NCBI GenBank assembly: GCA_963726745.1
Contig: CAVSDR010000003.1
Location: 512,001-576,000 of the forward strand
Direction: 5' to 3'
Source: an uncultured Verrucomicrobiae bacterium
GTDB taxonomy: Bacteria; Verrucomicrobiota; Verrucomicrobiia; Chthoniobacterales; UBA10450
Length of the DNA: 64,000 nt
Part shown: one piece after another, positions 31,401-41,007 of the stretch
How positions within the stretch are numbered: the first letter of the stretch is position 1
Layout: each line of letters begins with the position of its first letter
Program-made: the position numbers and the translations under genes
Notes under the pieces: model-generated
Seen by the model: only the letters and a program-made list of their open reading frames with translations
Databases searched by the model: none
What the model was told of the DNA's origin: nothing

Positions 31401-33909
31401 TTTTTTCAATAACACCGCCACGGCGGCCAGCGGAAATTTCGTGGTCAATGGCGGAGCCGGCAACGGCGGACGCTGGGCCCGGGTGGAGTTGCACGACGCG
31501 ACCACCGCGAGCACCGCGACCTTCACTAATGGCGCCGGTCGACCGGGACCGAACTTCCAAAACCAATCACCGGCCAGCGTGGACGGCTTTGGCGGCCAGA
31601 CCAATTTCTACAACAATGCAGTCGCCGGCACGGCTCGTTTCACCAACCTGGGCGAGACGGCCACGGGCGGAAACGGCGGCGGCACGCAATTCTTCGATAA
31701 CACCAACGCCGACCACGGCGTTTTTATGAACAACAGCAGCCCGTCCGGTAACGATGGCGGGACAGGTGGCTTTACCTCTTTCGCCGGCACGGCCAGCGCA
31801 GGCTTCGGGGTTTTCATCGGTCAACCAGGTCTAGGAACTTTCAGCCGTGGACAGACTGGCTTCTTCGAAAACTCCACCGCCGGAAACGGCACCTTCGAGA
31901 ACACCGGCGGCGACAATACTTACAGCTCGGGCGGCGTGACCTTCTTCCGCGACAATGCGACCGCGGGAAACGGCACCTTCAATAACTACGGCACCGGGCA
32001 GCTCTCCTTCGCCGGCGGACAGACGCTTTTTTACGACAACTCAAATGCTGGCGCCGGCACATTCACCAACGTCGGCGGCATCTTCGGTCCGCCGGGAACG
32101 ATTGAATTTGCCGGCAACTCGAGCGCCGCCAATGGGACTTTCTACGTCACTGTATCCAACCGCGGCGGCCTGCTCAATTTCCGGAACAATGCCAGCGCTG
32201 GCCAGGGGCATTTCTTCACGCCCGGCGGTGGCGGCGACGTGAACTTTTATAACTCCAGCACGGCTGCCAACTCGACCTTCAACCTCGCGAGCAACAGCAT
32301 CAGCGGGCCCTTCGTTCGCTTCCGCGACCAGAGCAACGCAGGGAACGCCAGCTTCGACGTCAGTCCCAGTGGGAACCTGCAATTCTATGAGACCTCCAGC
32401 GCGGCGCAGTCGCACATCGTCCTCCGCGGCTTCGGCGCCGGCCCAGGTGGTGGCGCTTCTCTTTACGTTCTCAGCACCCTCGGCAATTCCTTGGTCGACA
32501 TGGAAGGTGCGACAGCTTCTTCCGGAACGCTGAACTCCGGCGGACCGGGCGCGAGCTTCAGCGGCAGCGCGGCCACGGCGGGAGACGCGGTCATCAATGT
32601 AAAGGGCGGCACCGCGGCGGGAGCGGCGGGCGCCACCCTCCAGTTTGGCCAGTTCGCGACCGCGGGTAATGCGACGATCACGATCGGTGGCGGCAGCAAC
32701 GGCGGCAGCGGCGGATCCGTTCTCTTCTCCGGCTACTACGGCCTCGTCAGCGGCGGGACTTCGCGCATCATTGCCAATGCCGGCGGCACCCTCCAGGTCA
32801 GCGGGAACATTCCCAACGGCACGCCGGCGCCGGAAGGCACCTCTTTCGGCTCCATCGAAGGTGCCGGCACTTTCATCCTCGGCAATACCCTCCTCGTCAC
32901 CGGCACCAGAAATACGAATACGACCGTCTCCGGCGTGATCACGGACGGCGGCTCAGGATTCAGCGCAGGCGGCATGTTAACCAAAGTCGGCAGCGGCACA
33001 TTCACCCTCAGCGGCCCAAACAGCTACACCGGCCTAACGAAGGTGAATGCCGGCAAACTCATCGTGAACGGCTCTATTCCCGGCGCAGTCCGGGTGGCCA
33101 GCGGCGCAACGCTCGGCGGCAGCGGAAGCATCGGCGGAGCCGTGACGCTTGACCCAGGCGGCATCCTCTCCCCGGGAAACAGCCCGGGAACGATCAGTCT
33201 GGGCTCGCTCGCGCTCGCGGCCGGCAGCAGCCTTCTGATGGAGATCGGCGGGACGACGCCCGGTACGACCTACGATGCGGTCAGCAGCGCGAGTAACATT
33301 TCCCTCGACGGCACCTTGACGATTAGCCTAACGAATGGTTTTACCCCTGCCCCGGGAAACACGTTCAACATCCTGACCGCCGCCGGCACGGTCAGCGGCG
33401 CATTCAGCAATGTCGTCAGCGGTGCGCGCCTGCACGACGCCGACGGGAGCGGCTCTTTCCTGGTCACAGTCAACAGCGGCGGCGTCACCCTCTCCTCGTA
33501 TCTTGGGCCTGCCTCCAATTTCAGCAGCTGGCAAAACGGGCATTTCACACCGCAGCAGCTGAACGACCCAACGATCAGCGGCCCGAACCAAGATCCTGAT
33601 GGGGATGGCGTATCGAACCTGCTCGAATACGCCCTCAACGGCGACCCACTCGACGCTGCCTCAAACAACCGTCCGGTGGAGTCACACGACGCGACTTATT
33701 TTTCGATCATTTACACCCGAGTGCTGGCTGCGAGCGACCTGGATTATCAAGTGCAACAAGCGACCAGTGTTGGTTCCTGGAGCAACGTGACGCCGGTAAA
33801 TCAAATTTTAAGCGACAACGGTTTCGTCCAGGTGATCAAAGCGCAGGTTCCGCGGAGCAATGCCCTCGGCGGAAAACTCTTCCTCCGGCTGAGCGTGACC
33901 AAACTGTGA
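28459..33909 (+). CDS. Large secreted protein: BNR/Asp-box beta-propeller, beta-helix repeats, autotransporter-associated beta-strand repeat and a C-terminal DxDGDG domain
   Basis: Signal peptide; about 9 (R/K)SxDxGxxW repeats; about 16 FxxxxxAGxxxF repeats; LTKVGSGTFTLSGPNSYTGLTKVNAGKL; SPGNSPG; C-terminal DPDGDGVSNLLEYAL..FLRLSV. Confidence 0.88.
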   Translation: MKAFTAKYRSGLVVFSLLGGLALLALAQGDFFKKSSRPGRKLSRKEAAGDHPDEALRFRQLQLQDENGEIAPDGLQKALDQMAAMNVAQAREAKASGRAVPPKVAGIDPGAWTWLGPGNIGGRIRSMVIDPTNANRIWVGSVGGGIWRSTDAGVSWQPVAGFSANLAVSSMVIDPTNASVLYAGTGESFAANTGSSEGLNPAANGLRGNGVYKSTDAGVTWSQLPTTRPGDPAVCGGGPAPTSGCPWSYVNRLAISPDGSTLLAATVNGTQRSTDGGATWSATPSFSGNIQDCRFSPTNSGRAIASRPSPSAARYSTDGGQSWISATFTPPLNASAGGTGRIELAYAPSNPSIVYASVDQFTGAAPNQTQGDIYKSLDGGQTYTRVNASNPGNTFLGGQGGYDNVIWVNPFNPNFVVLGGINIYRSTDGGLNWTAIANGGNGSAHSDHHGIFASSNFDNTSNKTVYFTNDGGIYRANDVSTVTLTSGWQALNNTLGVTQFYGATASADGVIVGGTQDNGTVRYTGDPQAWTTMFGGDGGFCAADQTDNTYFYGEYINLGIVRSNDGGASASYIYCNPVPTSPNGGPCTGAGITDAFNGANFIAPFILDPSNQTTMLAGGLSLWRSNDIKAAGLPTWAAVKAPTGNASPVSAITIAPNNSDFVVVGHNDGQIFLTFNATAASPNWSKVSNGTPARFVTRLVIDSTRSPNWIYATFGGFSSDNIYRSQDFGATWTSVAGAGATGVPSVPVRSLVINPLRADYLYVGTEIGVFASEDAGATWKVPHDGPANVSVDELFWQKNNLVAVTHGRGLYRAGASLNWTGSGNTNRWSNADNWGPAPPATGDTLAFGASPQTMILADFSSRLTSDPAANDRQPALSLSSITFASGAPPYTIELYSAVTGGFVYNANLILTGLGVINNSGQAQNFLLDAGTVGINAPAAPASTMTFSNSASAGSATYTLKGGETTQLNPGIGLLRSEAAALFFNNTATAASGNFVVNGGAGNGGRWARVELHDATTASTATFTNGAGRPGPNFQNQSPASVDGFGGQTNFYNNAVAGTARFTNLGETATGGNGGGTQFFDNTNADHGVFMNNSSPSGNDGGTGGFTSFAGTASAGFGVFIGQPGLGTFSRGQTGFFENSTAGNGTFENTGGDNTYSSGGVTFFRDNATAGNGTFNNYGTGQLSFAGGQTLFYDNSNAGAGTFTNVGGIFGPPGTIEFAGNSSAANGTFYVTVSNRGGLLNFRNNASAGQGHFFTPGGGGDVNFYNSSTAANSTFNLASNSISGPFVRFRDQSNAGNASFDVSPSGNLQFYETSSAAQSHIVLRGFGAGPGGGASLYVLSTLGNSLVDMEGATASSGTLNSGGPGASFSGSAATAGDAVINVKGGTAAGAAGATLQFGQFATAGNATITIGGGSNGGSGGSVLFSGYYGLVSGGTSRIIANAGGTLQVSGNIPNGTPAPEGTSFGSIEGAGTFILGNTLLVTGTRNTNTTVSGVITDGGSGFSAGGMLTKVGSGTFTLSGPNSYTGLTKVNAGKLIVNGSIPGAVRVASGATLGGSGSIGGAVTLDPGGILSPGNSPGTISLGSLALAAGSSLLMEIGGTTPGTTYDAVSSASNISLDGTLTISLTNGFTPAPGNTFNILTAAGTVSGAFSNVVSGARLHDADGSGSFLVTVNSGGVTLSSYLGPASNFSSWQNGHFTPQQLNDPTISGPNQDPDGDGVSNLLEYALNGDPLDAASNNRPVESHDATYFSIIYTRVLAASDLDYQVQQATSVGSWSNVTPVNQILSDNGFVQVIKAQVPRSNALGGKLFLRLSVTKL

Positions 33910-33930
33910 TCCTGTCGGCGCTGCGCGCCG

Positions 33931-35469
33931 CTATTTCACCTTCACGTTTTTGCGCAGGAAAGTTGGGACATCGAGGTCCTGGCCTTCCACGATCGTGGGC
34001 TCGCTTTTCTCGAAGCGGCCGCGAGTGACGCTCTCGAATTGCATTAGCTCCTGCTTGGCCACGGTGCGTTCCGGCTTGGGCGGACGAATCGGGGCCGGGG
34101 CGGGTTTGGTCTTCGGGAGGAGGACGCGCGGCTGCGCGGGCTCCGGCTCGAGCATCGGCGGCGGCTCGAGAGGTGCCGCTTCCACGGGTGGCTCCGGGGC
34201 GGGCTCCACCGTCGGCTGCCTAACGGGTTCTTCCTCGTCCACCGGCTCCGGGAAGGTGGCCTCGATCATCTGCAAGGGCGCTGGCTCCACGGCTTCCTCG
34301 AATTCCAAATTTCCCAGCGGGATTGGTTCCAATTCCGGCTCCGGCCCGGGCTCCAACTCCGGTTCTGTTTCTGTTTCCGGCTCCGGTTCGGGCTCGGGTT
34401 TCGGCTCCGGCGGGAGCTCCAACTGCGGCGTCGGCGGCACCATCTTGCTGGCTAATTTCCGCACGGGCTTCGGCGCGGCCACCACTCCGCCCTCGGCCGC
34501 GAGCGAGCTAATGATCGTGACCGCCATGCGGTTGCCCATGCGGCTATCGACGGCGGTGCCGAAAAAAATCTGCGTCTCGTCGCCCACGTGGCGATTGAGT
34601 TCGCCCATGAGAATCTCCACCTCGGAAAGCGTCATCCCCGGGCCGCCGGCCACATGCACGAGCACGCTGACCGCCTCCTCGAGCATCCGGCCGCGATCCA
34701 TCAACGGGTTCTTGAGCGCTTGGGTGAGTGCGTCGTGCGAGCGGTTGTCGGTCTCGGCTTCGCCGTAACCGAAGAGGCAGCGCGCGTTCGGATTGCGCAG
34801 CGCGGCCAGAAGATCGTCAAAGCCGATTCGCACGAGGCCAGGACGCTGGATAATGCCGGCAATCGCGCGCACGCTCTGCGTGATCGTGACATCCGCCGCA
34901 GCGAAAGCCTGATGCACGCCGGCCTTGGGCGCCACGATGTCGCCCATTTTGTCGTTCTCGAAACAGACGACCGCACTGCAGATCGCCTGCAACTGCGCGA
35001 GCGCCGCCGTGGCCTGCGCGTTGCGCCGTTTGCCCTCGAAACCGAAAGGCATGGTCGCGAAACAAATCACCATCGCGCCATTCTCGCGCGCCATCTCCGC
35101 GATGACCGGGGCTGCGCCCGAGCCGGTCCCGCCGCCCAGGCCCACACAGAGGAAAACCATCCGCGCATCGGCCAGGGCGTGGCGCAGCTCGTCGTTCGCT
35201 TCCCGCGCGGCTTCGTAACCGAGATCAGGATCGCCGCCCGCGCCAAGGCCGCGCGTGACCTCGCGGCCGAGTTGCACTTTGTGCGTCGCGACCGAGCTCG
35301 CGAGCGATTGCACGTCGGTGTTCGCGGCGATCAGGTCGCCCTTCTCCACGCCTTCGAGGACCATGCGATCGAGCACATTCGAGCCGGCGCCGCCTAGCCC
35401 GATGATCTTGATCGGGATGAGGTCGTCGTCTCTTTCCGGCAGCGTGTAATTGCGGTTCAGTTGGATCAT
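33931..35469 (-). CDS. ftsZ: Cell division protein FtsZ with a long Pro/Glu linker
   Basis: GLGGAG, GLGAGGDP, GGGTGSG, PFGFEG and C-terminal LDVPTFLRK. Confidence 0.93.
   Translation of the reverse strand: MIQLNRNYTLPERDDDLIPIKIIGLGGAGSNVLDRMVLEGVEKGDLIAANTDVQSLASSVATHKVQLGREVTRGLGAGGDPDLGYEAAREANDELRHALADARMVFLCVGLGGGTGSGAAPVIAEMARENGAMVICFATMPFGFEGKRRNAQATAALAQLQAICSAVVCFENDKMGDIVAPKAGVHQAFAAADVTITQSVRAIAGIIQRPGLVRIGFDDLLAALRNPNARCLFGYGEAETDNRSHDALTQALKNPLMDRGRMLEEAVSVLVHVAGGPGMTLSEVEILMGELNRHVGDETQIFFGTAVDSRMGNRMAVTIISSLAAEGGVVAAPKPVRKLASKMVPPTPQLELPPEPKPEPEPEPETETEPELEPGPEPELEPIPLGNLEFEEAVEPAPLQMIEATFPEPVDEEEPVRQPTVEPAPEPPVEAAPLEPPPMLEPEPAQPRVLLPKTKPAPAPIRPPKPERTVAKQELMQFESVTRGRFEKSEPTIVEGQDLDVPTFLRKNVKVK
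34330..34415 (-). repeat. Low-complexity (Pro-Glu)n coding repeat in the FtsZ linker
   Basis: Imperfect GGCTCC/GGTTCG hexamer repeats encoding PEPKPEPEPEPETETEPELEPGPEPELEP. Confidence 0.7.
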
Positions 35470-35492
35470 TTTCTTGGCTCCGAGTTTTTCCG

Positions 35493-36705
35493 TCAGCGCA
35501 TTCCACTAAACAATTTCCCAAACATCTGGCGCAGGCCGCCGCGCGGCTGGCGATCGCCCTGCACCGCCTGGGCATACTTAATCAAACCGATCGCGGTCGA
35601 GAACTGCGGATTCTCAAACGCGCTTGTGAGGCCGGACATGGTTTGCGCGTGCGCCTTCCGCGCCGGCATCTCGAAAATCTCCTCCGCCAGGTGCTCGATT
35701 CCGTTCAGGTGGCTGCAGCCGCCGGTGATGAAGATTCCTTCGCCGATGTAGTTGATGAAGCCCTCTTCATCGAGCTTCCGCTTGAGCAGCTCAAAGGTCT
35801 CGCGCAGGCGCAGATGGATGATCGTGTTCAAGGTCTCGCGCTCGATTTCCTTGCCCGCAAAACCCGAGTCGTCCTTGAGCGTGACTGTCTCGCCGGGGAG
35901 GCAATTCCCCAAGGTGACGCTGCCCTTCCTCGAGCTTTAATTTCTCCGCGCGCGTCATCGGGATGCGCAGGCCCATGGAGATGTCGTTCGTGATGTGATC
36001 GCCGCCGACCGCGAGGCAGCCGCTCTGCTTGATCGCACCGTCGACATATAAAATGTAGTCCGTCGTCCCGCCGCCGATGTCGATCACAAGCGCGCCGAGA
36101 TTCTTTTGATTCGGGGTTAACACGACCTGCGCGCCGGCGAGCGCGCTAAAGACCACGTCCTCGACATCGAGCGGCAGTTCGCGCACGCAGCGGATGGCGT
36201 TTTGGATGCGCGTGCGCACGCCGTGGATGATGTGGAAATCCGCCTCCAGCCGCTCGCCGAGCATGCCCACGGGATTGAGCACGCCCTCCTGTCCGTCGAC
36301 GTGATAGTGCTGGATAATCGAATGGAGGAAGGTGTTTGCCTGCGGGATGCTGACCTCGCGCGCGTTCAGCTTCACGTCGTCGACATCGGCCTCGTCGATC
36401 TCCTCGCGATCCTCCGGGAGCGTGACCAGGCCGCGATTATTGAAGCTCTGGATGTGCGAGCCGGTGACCGCGAGATAGACACTGCGGATCATCACATCGC
36501 TCTTTTCCTCGGCATCGACCACGGCCTCGTGGACGCACTTCATCGCGGTCTCGAAGTCGACGATCTCGCCCTTGCGGACCCCGCGCGACGGCGCCTGGCC
36601 CACGCCCAGGATCTTGATCGTGCCGTCGGGGCGCCCCTCGCCCACGACCACACAAATCTTGGCCGTGCCGATCTCCAGTCCTACCATCAAGTCGCTGCTT
36701 GCCAT
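35493..36705 (-). CDS. ftsA: Cell division protein FtsA; one extra base near 35924
   Basis: GLEIGTAK, DIGGGTT and GGDHITNDI, then ITGGCS and STAIGL in the next frame. Confidence 0.93.
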
Positions 36706-36707
36706 CG

Positions 36708-37790
36708 TTAGTTTTTCCTTCCCCGTTCCACCGGCAGGGCCTTGCGAATCTTCGCCTCCGCGCCGGTTGTTTTCTCTTTGCTCGCCGGCAGCGGACTCCC
36801 CTTCGTCCCCGGATGCACCGGCGTTGCTCGCAAAATTTTCCCGTCATTCTCGGGATCAAAAGTGTCGTCGATCACTTCCGCGGCCGTCCTCGTGAAAGTC
36901 ACGGGAATGTTCCGCTCGACCAGGAGGTTGAGGGTCTCAATTTCGCGCCCGGAATCGTCCGCCCAGACGAGGAACTGCTCGAGGCGCCGGAGTTGATCCT
37001 CGAGATTATCGAAGCCGAAGGTCACGCGCGTGCGGTTCTTGTCCGTGACTACGAGGCAATAGCCCTTGGAAGCATCGATCGCGCGCACTTGGAAACGCGT
37101 CTGCATAAAGCTGCCCATGCTCAGGCGCAGCAGCTCGAGCGCAGCTTTGACTTCGAAGGATTCGATCCGCTTGCCGGCGCTCAAGGTCTCGTTCGCTGCA
37201 CCCGTGATCACCGGCAGGCCGAGGTATTCCGGGAGGAGTTTTTTCTCGCGCATGAGCGCGCCGCGCGCGTCCACCAGGAAGGATTCGTCGGAGGTGAAAG
37301 GGTCGGCTAATTCTTTCCCGCTGGTGATCCAGGCGACGGGCTTCCGCTCGGTGATGACGATGTTGATTTCGCCCGGGAGATTGCGCGTCACCTGCACGTC
37401 TTCCGCCTGCGGCAGCGCCTGCAGCTGGTCGTGCACCCGCGCGAGGTTCACGCTGAAAATGTTCTCGCCCTCGACCAGCTCGGCGGTGCGCAGGATTTGA
37501 TCGCGCTGCAGGGTGCCGTCGGTCCGCACTTCGATCTTGCTCAAGCGGTAATCGGGGTTGTCGAAGAAGAGGCGCTTCGCGCCAAAGCGCGCGCCGTAAA
37601 CCAGCCCGCCGACGACGAGGAAGGCGAGCAGGATCTTCGACGTGATCACGAGGATGCGCTTGTTCCGGTATTGCGTCGCCTTGTGCGAGCGCACCTTCAC
37701 GTCGAGCAAATGCTGCTGCCGGCGCTGGCGGGTGTTGCTCGCGCGGCGCTGGTTGCGAATGCGGCCACCGGTCTCCTGCATCAGGCTCAT
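36708..37790 (-). CDS. ftsQ: FtsQ/DivIB (POTRA domain)
   Basis: Basic N-tail, single TM and POTRA (NIFSVNL..RNLPGEI..ERKPVA); lies between ddl and ftsA. Confidence 0.87.
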   Translation of the reverse strand: MSLMQETGGRIRNQRRASNTRQRRQQHLLDVKVRSHKATQYRNKRILVITSKILLAFLVVGGLVYGARFGAKRLFFDNPDYRLSKIEVRTDGTLQRDQILRTAELVEGENIFSVNLARVHDQLQALPQAEDVQVTRNLPGEINIVITERKPVAWITSGKELADPFTSDESFLVDARGALMREKKLLPEYLGLPVITGAANETLSAGKRIESFEVKAALELLRLSMGSFMQTRFQVRAIDASKGYCLVVTDKNRTRVTFGFDNLEDQLRRLEQFLVWADDSGREIETLNLLVERNIPVTFTRTAAEVIDDTFDPENDGKILRATPVHPGTKGSPLPASKEKTTGAEAKIRKALPVERGRKN

Positions 37791-38713
37791 CGCGCCCTCC
37801 TTTGCGCGGCGGACAACTCGATGATGCGGGCACAGAGTTGCGCGTAACCGATGCCCGCGGCCGCAGCCGCTTCCGGGAGCAGGCTCGCCTCGGTCATCCC
37901 GGGAATGGTGTTGATCTCGAGCACGCTCGGGGCGCCGTCTTCCGGGAGCATCACATCGACGCGCGAATAGACTTTGAGGCCTAACGAGCGATGCGCCCGC
38001 AGCGCCAGCTCCTGGATTGCCTGCGTCTGCTCTTCCGGCAGATGCGCCGGGCACACATGCTGGGCGGCGCCGCCCGCGCCGGGATTGAGGAAAGGATACT
38101 TGTTCGTGAAATCGTAGAAGCCGCCCTTCGGGATGATCTCGATGATCGGGAGCGCCTGCTCCCCGAGCACGCCGACGGTCAGCTCGCGGCCGGGGACAAA
38201 CTTCTCGATCAGGATGCGCTCGTCGTATTGCGCCGCTTCCTCGAGATGCTGCGCGAGCGCGCCGCTTTCCTTCACGATGTAAACCCCCACGGTCGAACCT
38301 TGGCGCGGCGCCTTGATCACCAGCGGCAAAGAAAGTGTCGGCTGTTCGCCGGGGCGCACCACCTCCCACTCCGGCGTGGCGACCTGGCCGGCATCGAATT
38401 TTTCCTTCGAAAGAATCTTGTCGAACGCGATCCGGCTCTCCTCCACCCCTTCGCCGGTGTAATCGATTCCGCGATCTTCCAGGATCTGCTGCACCTGGCC
38501 GTCCTCGCCGAAAGTCCCGTGGAGCGCGATGAAGGCCAGCTCGGTCCCGGCGGGCAACTCAAAGTCCGCCCCGCGCACATCCACCTCGCTCACTTCCGCG
38601 CCTAACGAGCGCAATGCCCGGGCCACGCCGGCGCCGGTGGCGAGCGAGACCTCGCGTTCCGCGCCCGGTCCGCCTTTCAAGACGGCGATCTTTTTGCCTG
38701 CCACTTCGCTCAC
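37787..38713 (-). CDS. ddl: D-alanine--D-alanine ligase
   Basis: GGPGAEREVS, ALHGTFGEDG, YDFTNKY and EINTIPGMT motifs. Confidence 0.95.
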   Translation of the reverse strand: MSEVAGKKIAVLKGGPGAEREVSLATGAGVARALRSLGAEVSEVDVRGADFELPAGTELAFIALHGTFGEDGQVQQILEDRGIDYTGEGVEESRIAFDKILSKEKFDAGQVATPEWEVVRPGEQPTLSLPLVIKAPRQGSTVGVYIVKESGALAQHLEEAAQYDERILIEKFVPGRELTVGVLGEQALPIIEIIPKGGFYDFTNKYPFLNPGAGGAAQHVCPAHLPEEQTQAIQELALRAHRSLGLKVYSRVDVMLPEDGAPSVLEINTIPGMTEASLLPEAAAAAGIGYAQLCARIIELSAAQRRAR

Positions 38714-41007
38714 GCTTCCTCCCCCACGATTTGCACTTCGGTTTCCAATTCGATCCCGCGCTGCTCGCGCGCGGCGGTCTTGATCCGGTGGATCAACTCC
38801 AGCACCTCCACTGCGGTCGCGCCGCCGTCGTTGACGATGAAATTTCCGTGCACTTCCGAGACGCGCGCCGGGCCGACGGCGCTGTTCTTTAGTCCCAATT
38901 CGTCGACTAATTTTCCCGCGGGGCAGGCGCCCGGGTTTTTGAAAATGCAGCCCGCGCTCGACGCCGCCGGCTGACTCGTGCGGCGCTTGTTTTGCGACTC
39001 GTCCAGCCGGCGCAGGATCTCGTCCTTCGAAGCCGGCAAGCCGCGGAAGACCGCGGAGACCGCGTAGTTTTTCTCCAGCGCCGGAACGTGCCGGTAGTGC
39101 ACCTCGAGTTCGGCCGCGGGCTTGATTTCCGCCTGGCCTTCGGCGTTGAGGAATCGCATCGAGACGACGTTGTCAAAAGTCTGCACGCCCATCGCGCCGG
39201 CGTTCATCCGCAGCGCGCCACCGACTTCGCCCGGGATGCCTTCCATCCATTCGAGCCCGCCGAGGCCGGCGGCTTTTCCGGCGTAGGCCACCTGCTTCAG
39301 TTTCGCGCCCACGCCGGCGGTGATCTCGTTGCCTAAAACCGTGATCCGCTCGAATTCGCCGCCTGCCGGATGCACGACCACGCCGCGAATGCCGCCGTCG
39401 CGCACGAGCAAATTCGAGCCGCGACCGATGACGAAGAGCGGCAGATTTTCCCGCCGGCAATAGCGAATGATCTCGGCGAACGCGCGCTCGTCGCGCGGCT
39501 CCACCCAGAATTGCGCCGGGCCGCCGACGCGCAAGGTGGTGTGCTTTGCCAGCGGCTCGTAAAGCCGGACGGCGCCTTCCGGGCCTACGATTTCGCGGAG
39601 TTGCTCGACGATCACGAGGTCGGCCGCGAGGAGCGAAAGCTGTTCATGGATGTTGCCCGCGCCCAGGCTGAGCACGAGGTCGCCGTCCTCGAGGTAATTC
39701 CCGAGGTCGCAGTGGAGTTGGCTCAGCCGCGGCTGGAATGTGACCTGCCGATGGCCGCGCGCCGCGATCTCATCCACGATCGTTTGCCCGGTGATCCCCG
39801 GAATGGGCGCTTCGCTCGCCGGGTAAACGTCGGCCACGAAGACGCGGTCGGCCTTTTCGAAAGCGGCGCCAAATTCCTTGCGCAGCGCTTTCGTGCGCGA
39901 GTAACGATGCGGCTGGAACATCGCGAGCACACGGTTGCGCCCGGCGGAACGTGCGGTCGCGAGCGTGGCGCGGATCTCGGTAGGATGGTGCGCGTAATCG
40001 TCCACCAAGAGATAGCGCGGGCTGGAATACTTGATCTCGAAACGCCGGCGCGCGTGCTGGAATTGGCCTAACGAGCTGACGATTTTCTCGAAGGGAACGC
40101 CCAGTTCGGTCGCGAGGGCGATCACGCCGAGCGCATTGCTCACGTTGTGCCGCCCGGGGACGTTCAGGACCGCTTCGCCGAGCTTTTCGCCGCGGCGAAA
40201 GACGCAGAAGACCGAGGCGAAATCGCGCAGCTCGATATCGGCGGCAAAATAGTCAGCACCTTCACGCAGCCCGTAGGAGACGACGCGCTCGCGGCCGCCG
40301 CAGAGGCGCGTGGCGTTGGCGTCATCCGCGCAGTAGAAAACCGTCCCGCTGGTCTGCGCGCAAAGTTGCGTGAAGACGGCATCGATCGCCGCGAGATCCT
40401 GGTAAAAGTCGAGATGCTCTTCCTCGATGTTCAGGATGAGCGCGTGCTCCGGATGGAAGAAGCGCAGGGTCCCATCGCTCTCGTCGCCTTCGGCGATGAA
40501 ATATTCGCCGCGCGGATTCCAATGCGCGTTCGAGCCCAGGATCGGAATCTCCGCGCCGACGTAATGTGACGGGTGCATCCCGCCTTCGCGGAAAACATGC
40601 GCCGCCATCGAGGAGGTGGTGGTCTTGCCGTGCATCCCCGCGATCACGATCCCGCGTTTACCCAGCATGATCGCAGCCAGCGCCTCGGCCCGGCGGATGG
40701 TCATGGTGCCGTTGGCGTGCGCCGCTGCGAGGATCGGGTTGTCCTTTTTGATCGCGGAAGAATAGACAACGAGCTCGGCATCGGCCGCGTCTTCCGCGAC
40801 GTGTTTCACGTGAAAGCGCAGGCCGAGACGCTGCAGGCGCGCGGTCTCCATCGAGCCCACGCGATCCGAGCCGCTGACCTGGTGACCGAGCTCGAGCAAG
40901 AGCGCGGCGATGCCGCTCATCCCGCTCCCGGCCACGCCTAACAAGTGGATGCGATGCCGCTCCTGCGTGAGCATTTTCTGGAGGGCAACGTCAGCGCCGG
41001 GCTTCAT
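38710..41007 (-). CDS. murC: Fused UDP-N-acetylmuramate--L-alanine ligase / UDP-N-acetylenolpyruvoylglucosamine reductase (MurC-MurB)
   Basis: MurC motifs GVAGSGMSG, GMHGKTTT, EGDESD and DDYAHHP, in frame with MurB motifs GRGSN, GIPG, MNAGA, SAGCIFKN and HGNF. Confidence 0.93.
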   Translation of the reverse strand: MKPGADVALQKMLTQERHRIHLLGVAGSGMSGIAALLLELGHQVSGSDRVGSMETARLQRLGLRFHVKHVAEDAADAELVVYSSAIKKDNPILAAAHANGTMTIRRAEALAAIMLGKRGIVIAGMHGKTTTSSMAAHVFREGGMHPSHYVGAEIPILGSNAHWNPRGEYFIAEGDESDGTLRFFHPEHALILNIEEEHLDFYQDLAAIDAVFTQLCAQTSGTVFYCADDANATRLCGGRERVVSYGLREGADYFAADIELRDFASVFCVFRRGEKLGEAVLNVPGRHNVSNALGVIALATELGVPFEKIVSSLGQFQHARRRFEIKYSSPRYLLVDDYAHHPTEIRATLATARSAGRNRVLAMFQPHRYSRTKALRKEFGAAFEKADRVFVADVYPASEAPIPGITGQTIVDEIAARGHRQVTFQPRLSQLHCDLGNYLEDGDLVLSLGAGNIHEQLSLLAADLVIVEQLREIVGPEGAVRLYEPLAKHTTLRVGGPAQFWVEPRDERAFAEIIRYCRRENLPLFVIGRGSNLLVRDGGIRGVVVHPAGGEFERITVLGNEITAGVGAKLKQVAYAGKAAGLGGLEWMEGIPGEVGGALRMNAGAMGVQTFDNVVSMRFLNAEGQAEIKPAAELEVHYRHVPALEKNYAVSAVFRGLPASKDEILRRLDESQNKRRTSQPAASSAGCIFKNPGACPAGKLVDELGLKNSAVGPARVSEVHGNFIVNDGGATAVEVLELIHRIKTAAREQRGIELETEVQIVGEEA

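Noticed and set aside
28459..33909. Classical autotransporter or CRISPR-like repeat array
   Set aside because: There is no C-terminal beta-barrel, and the repeats are degenerate protein-level repeats rather than identical DNA repeats with spacers.
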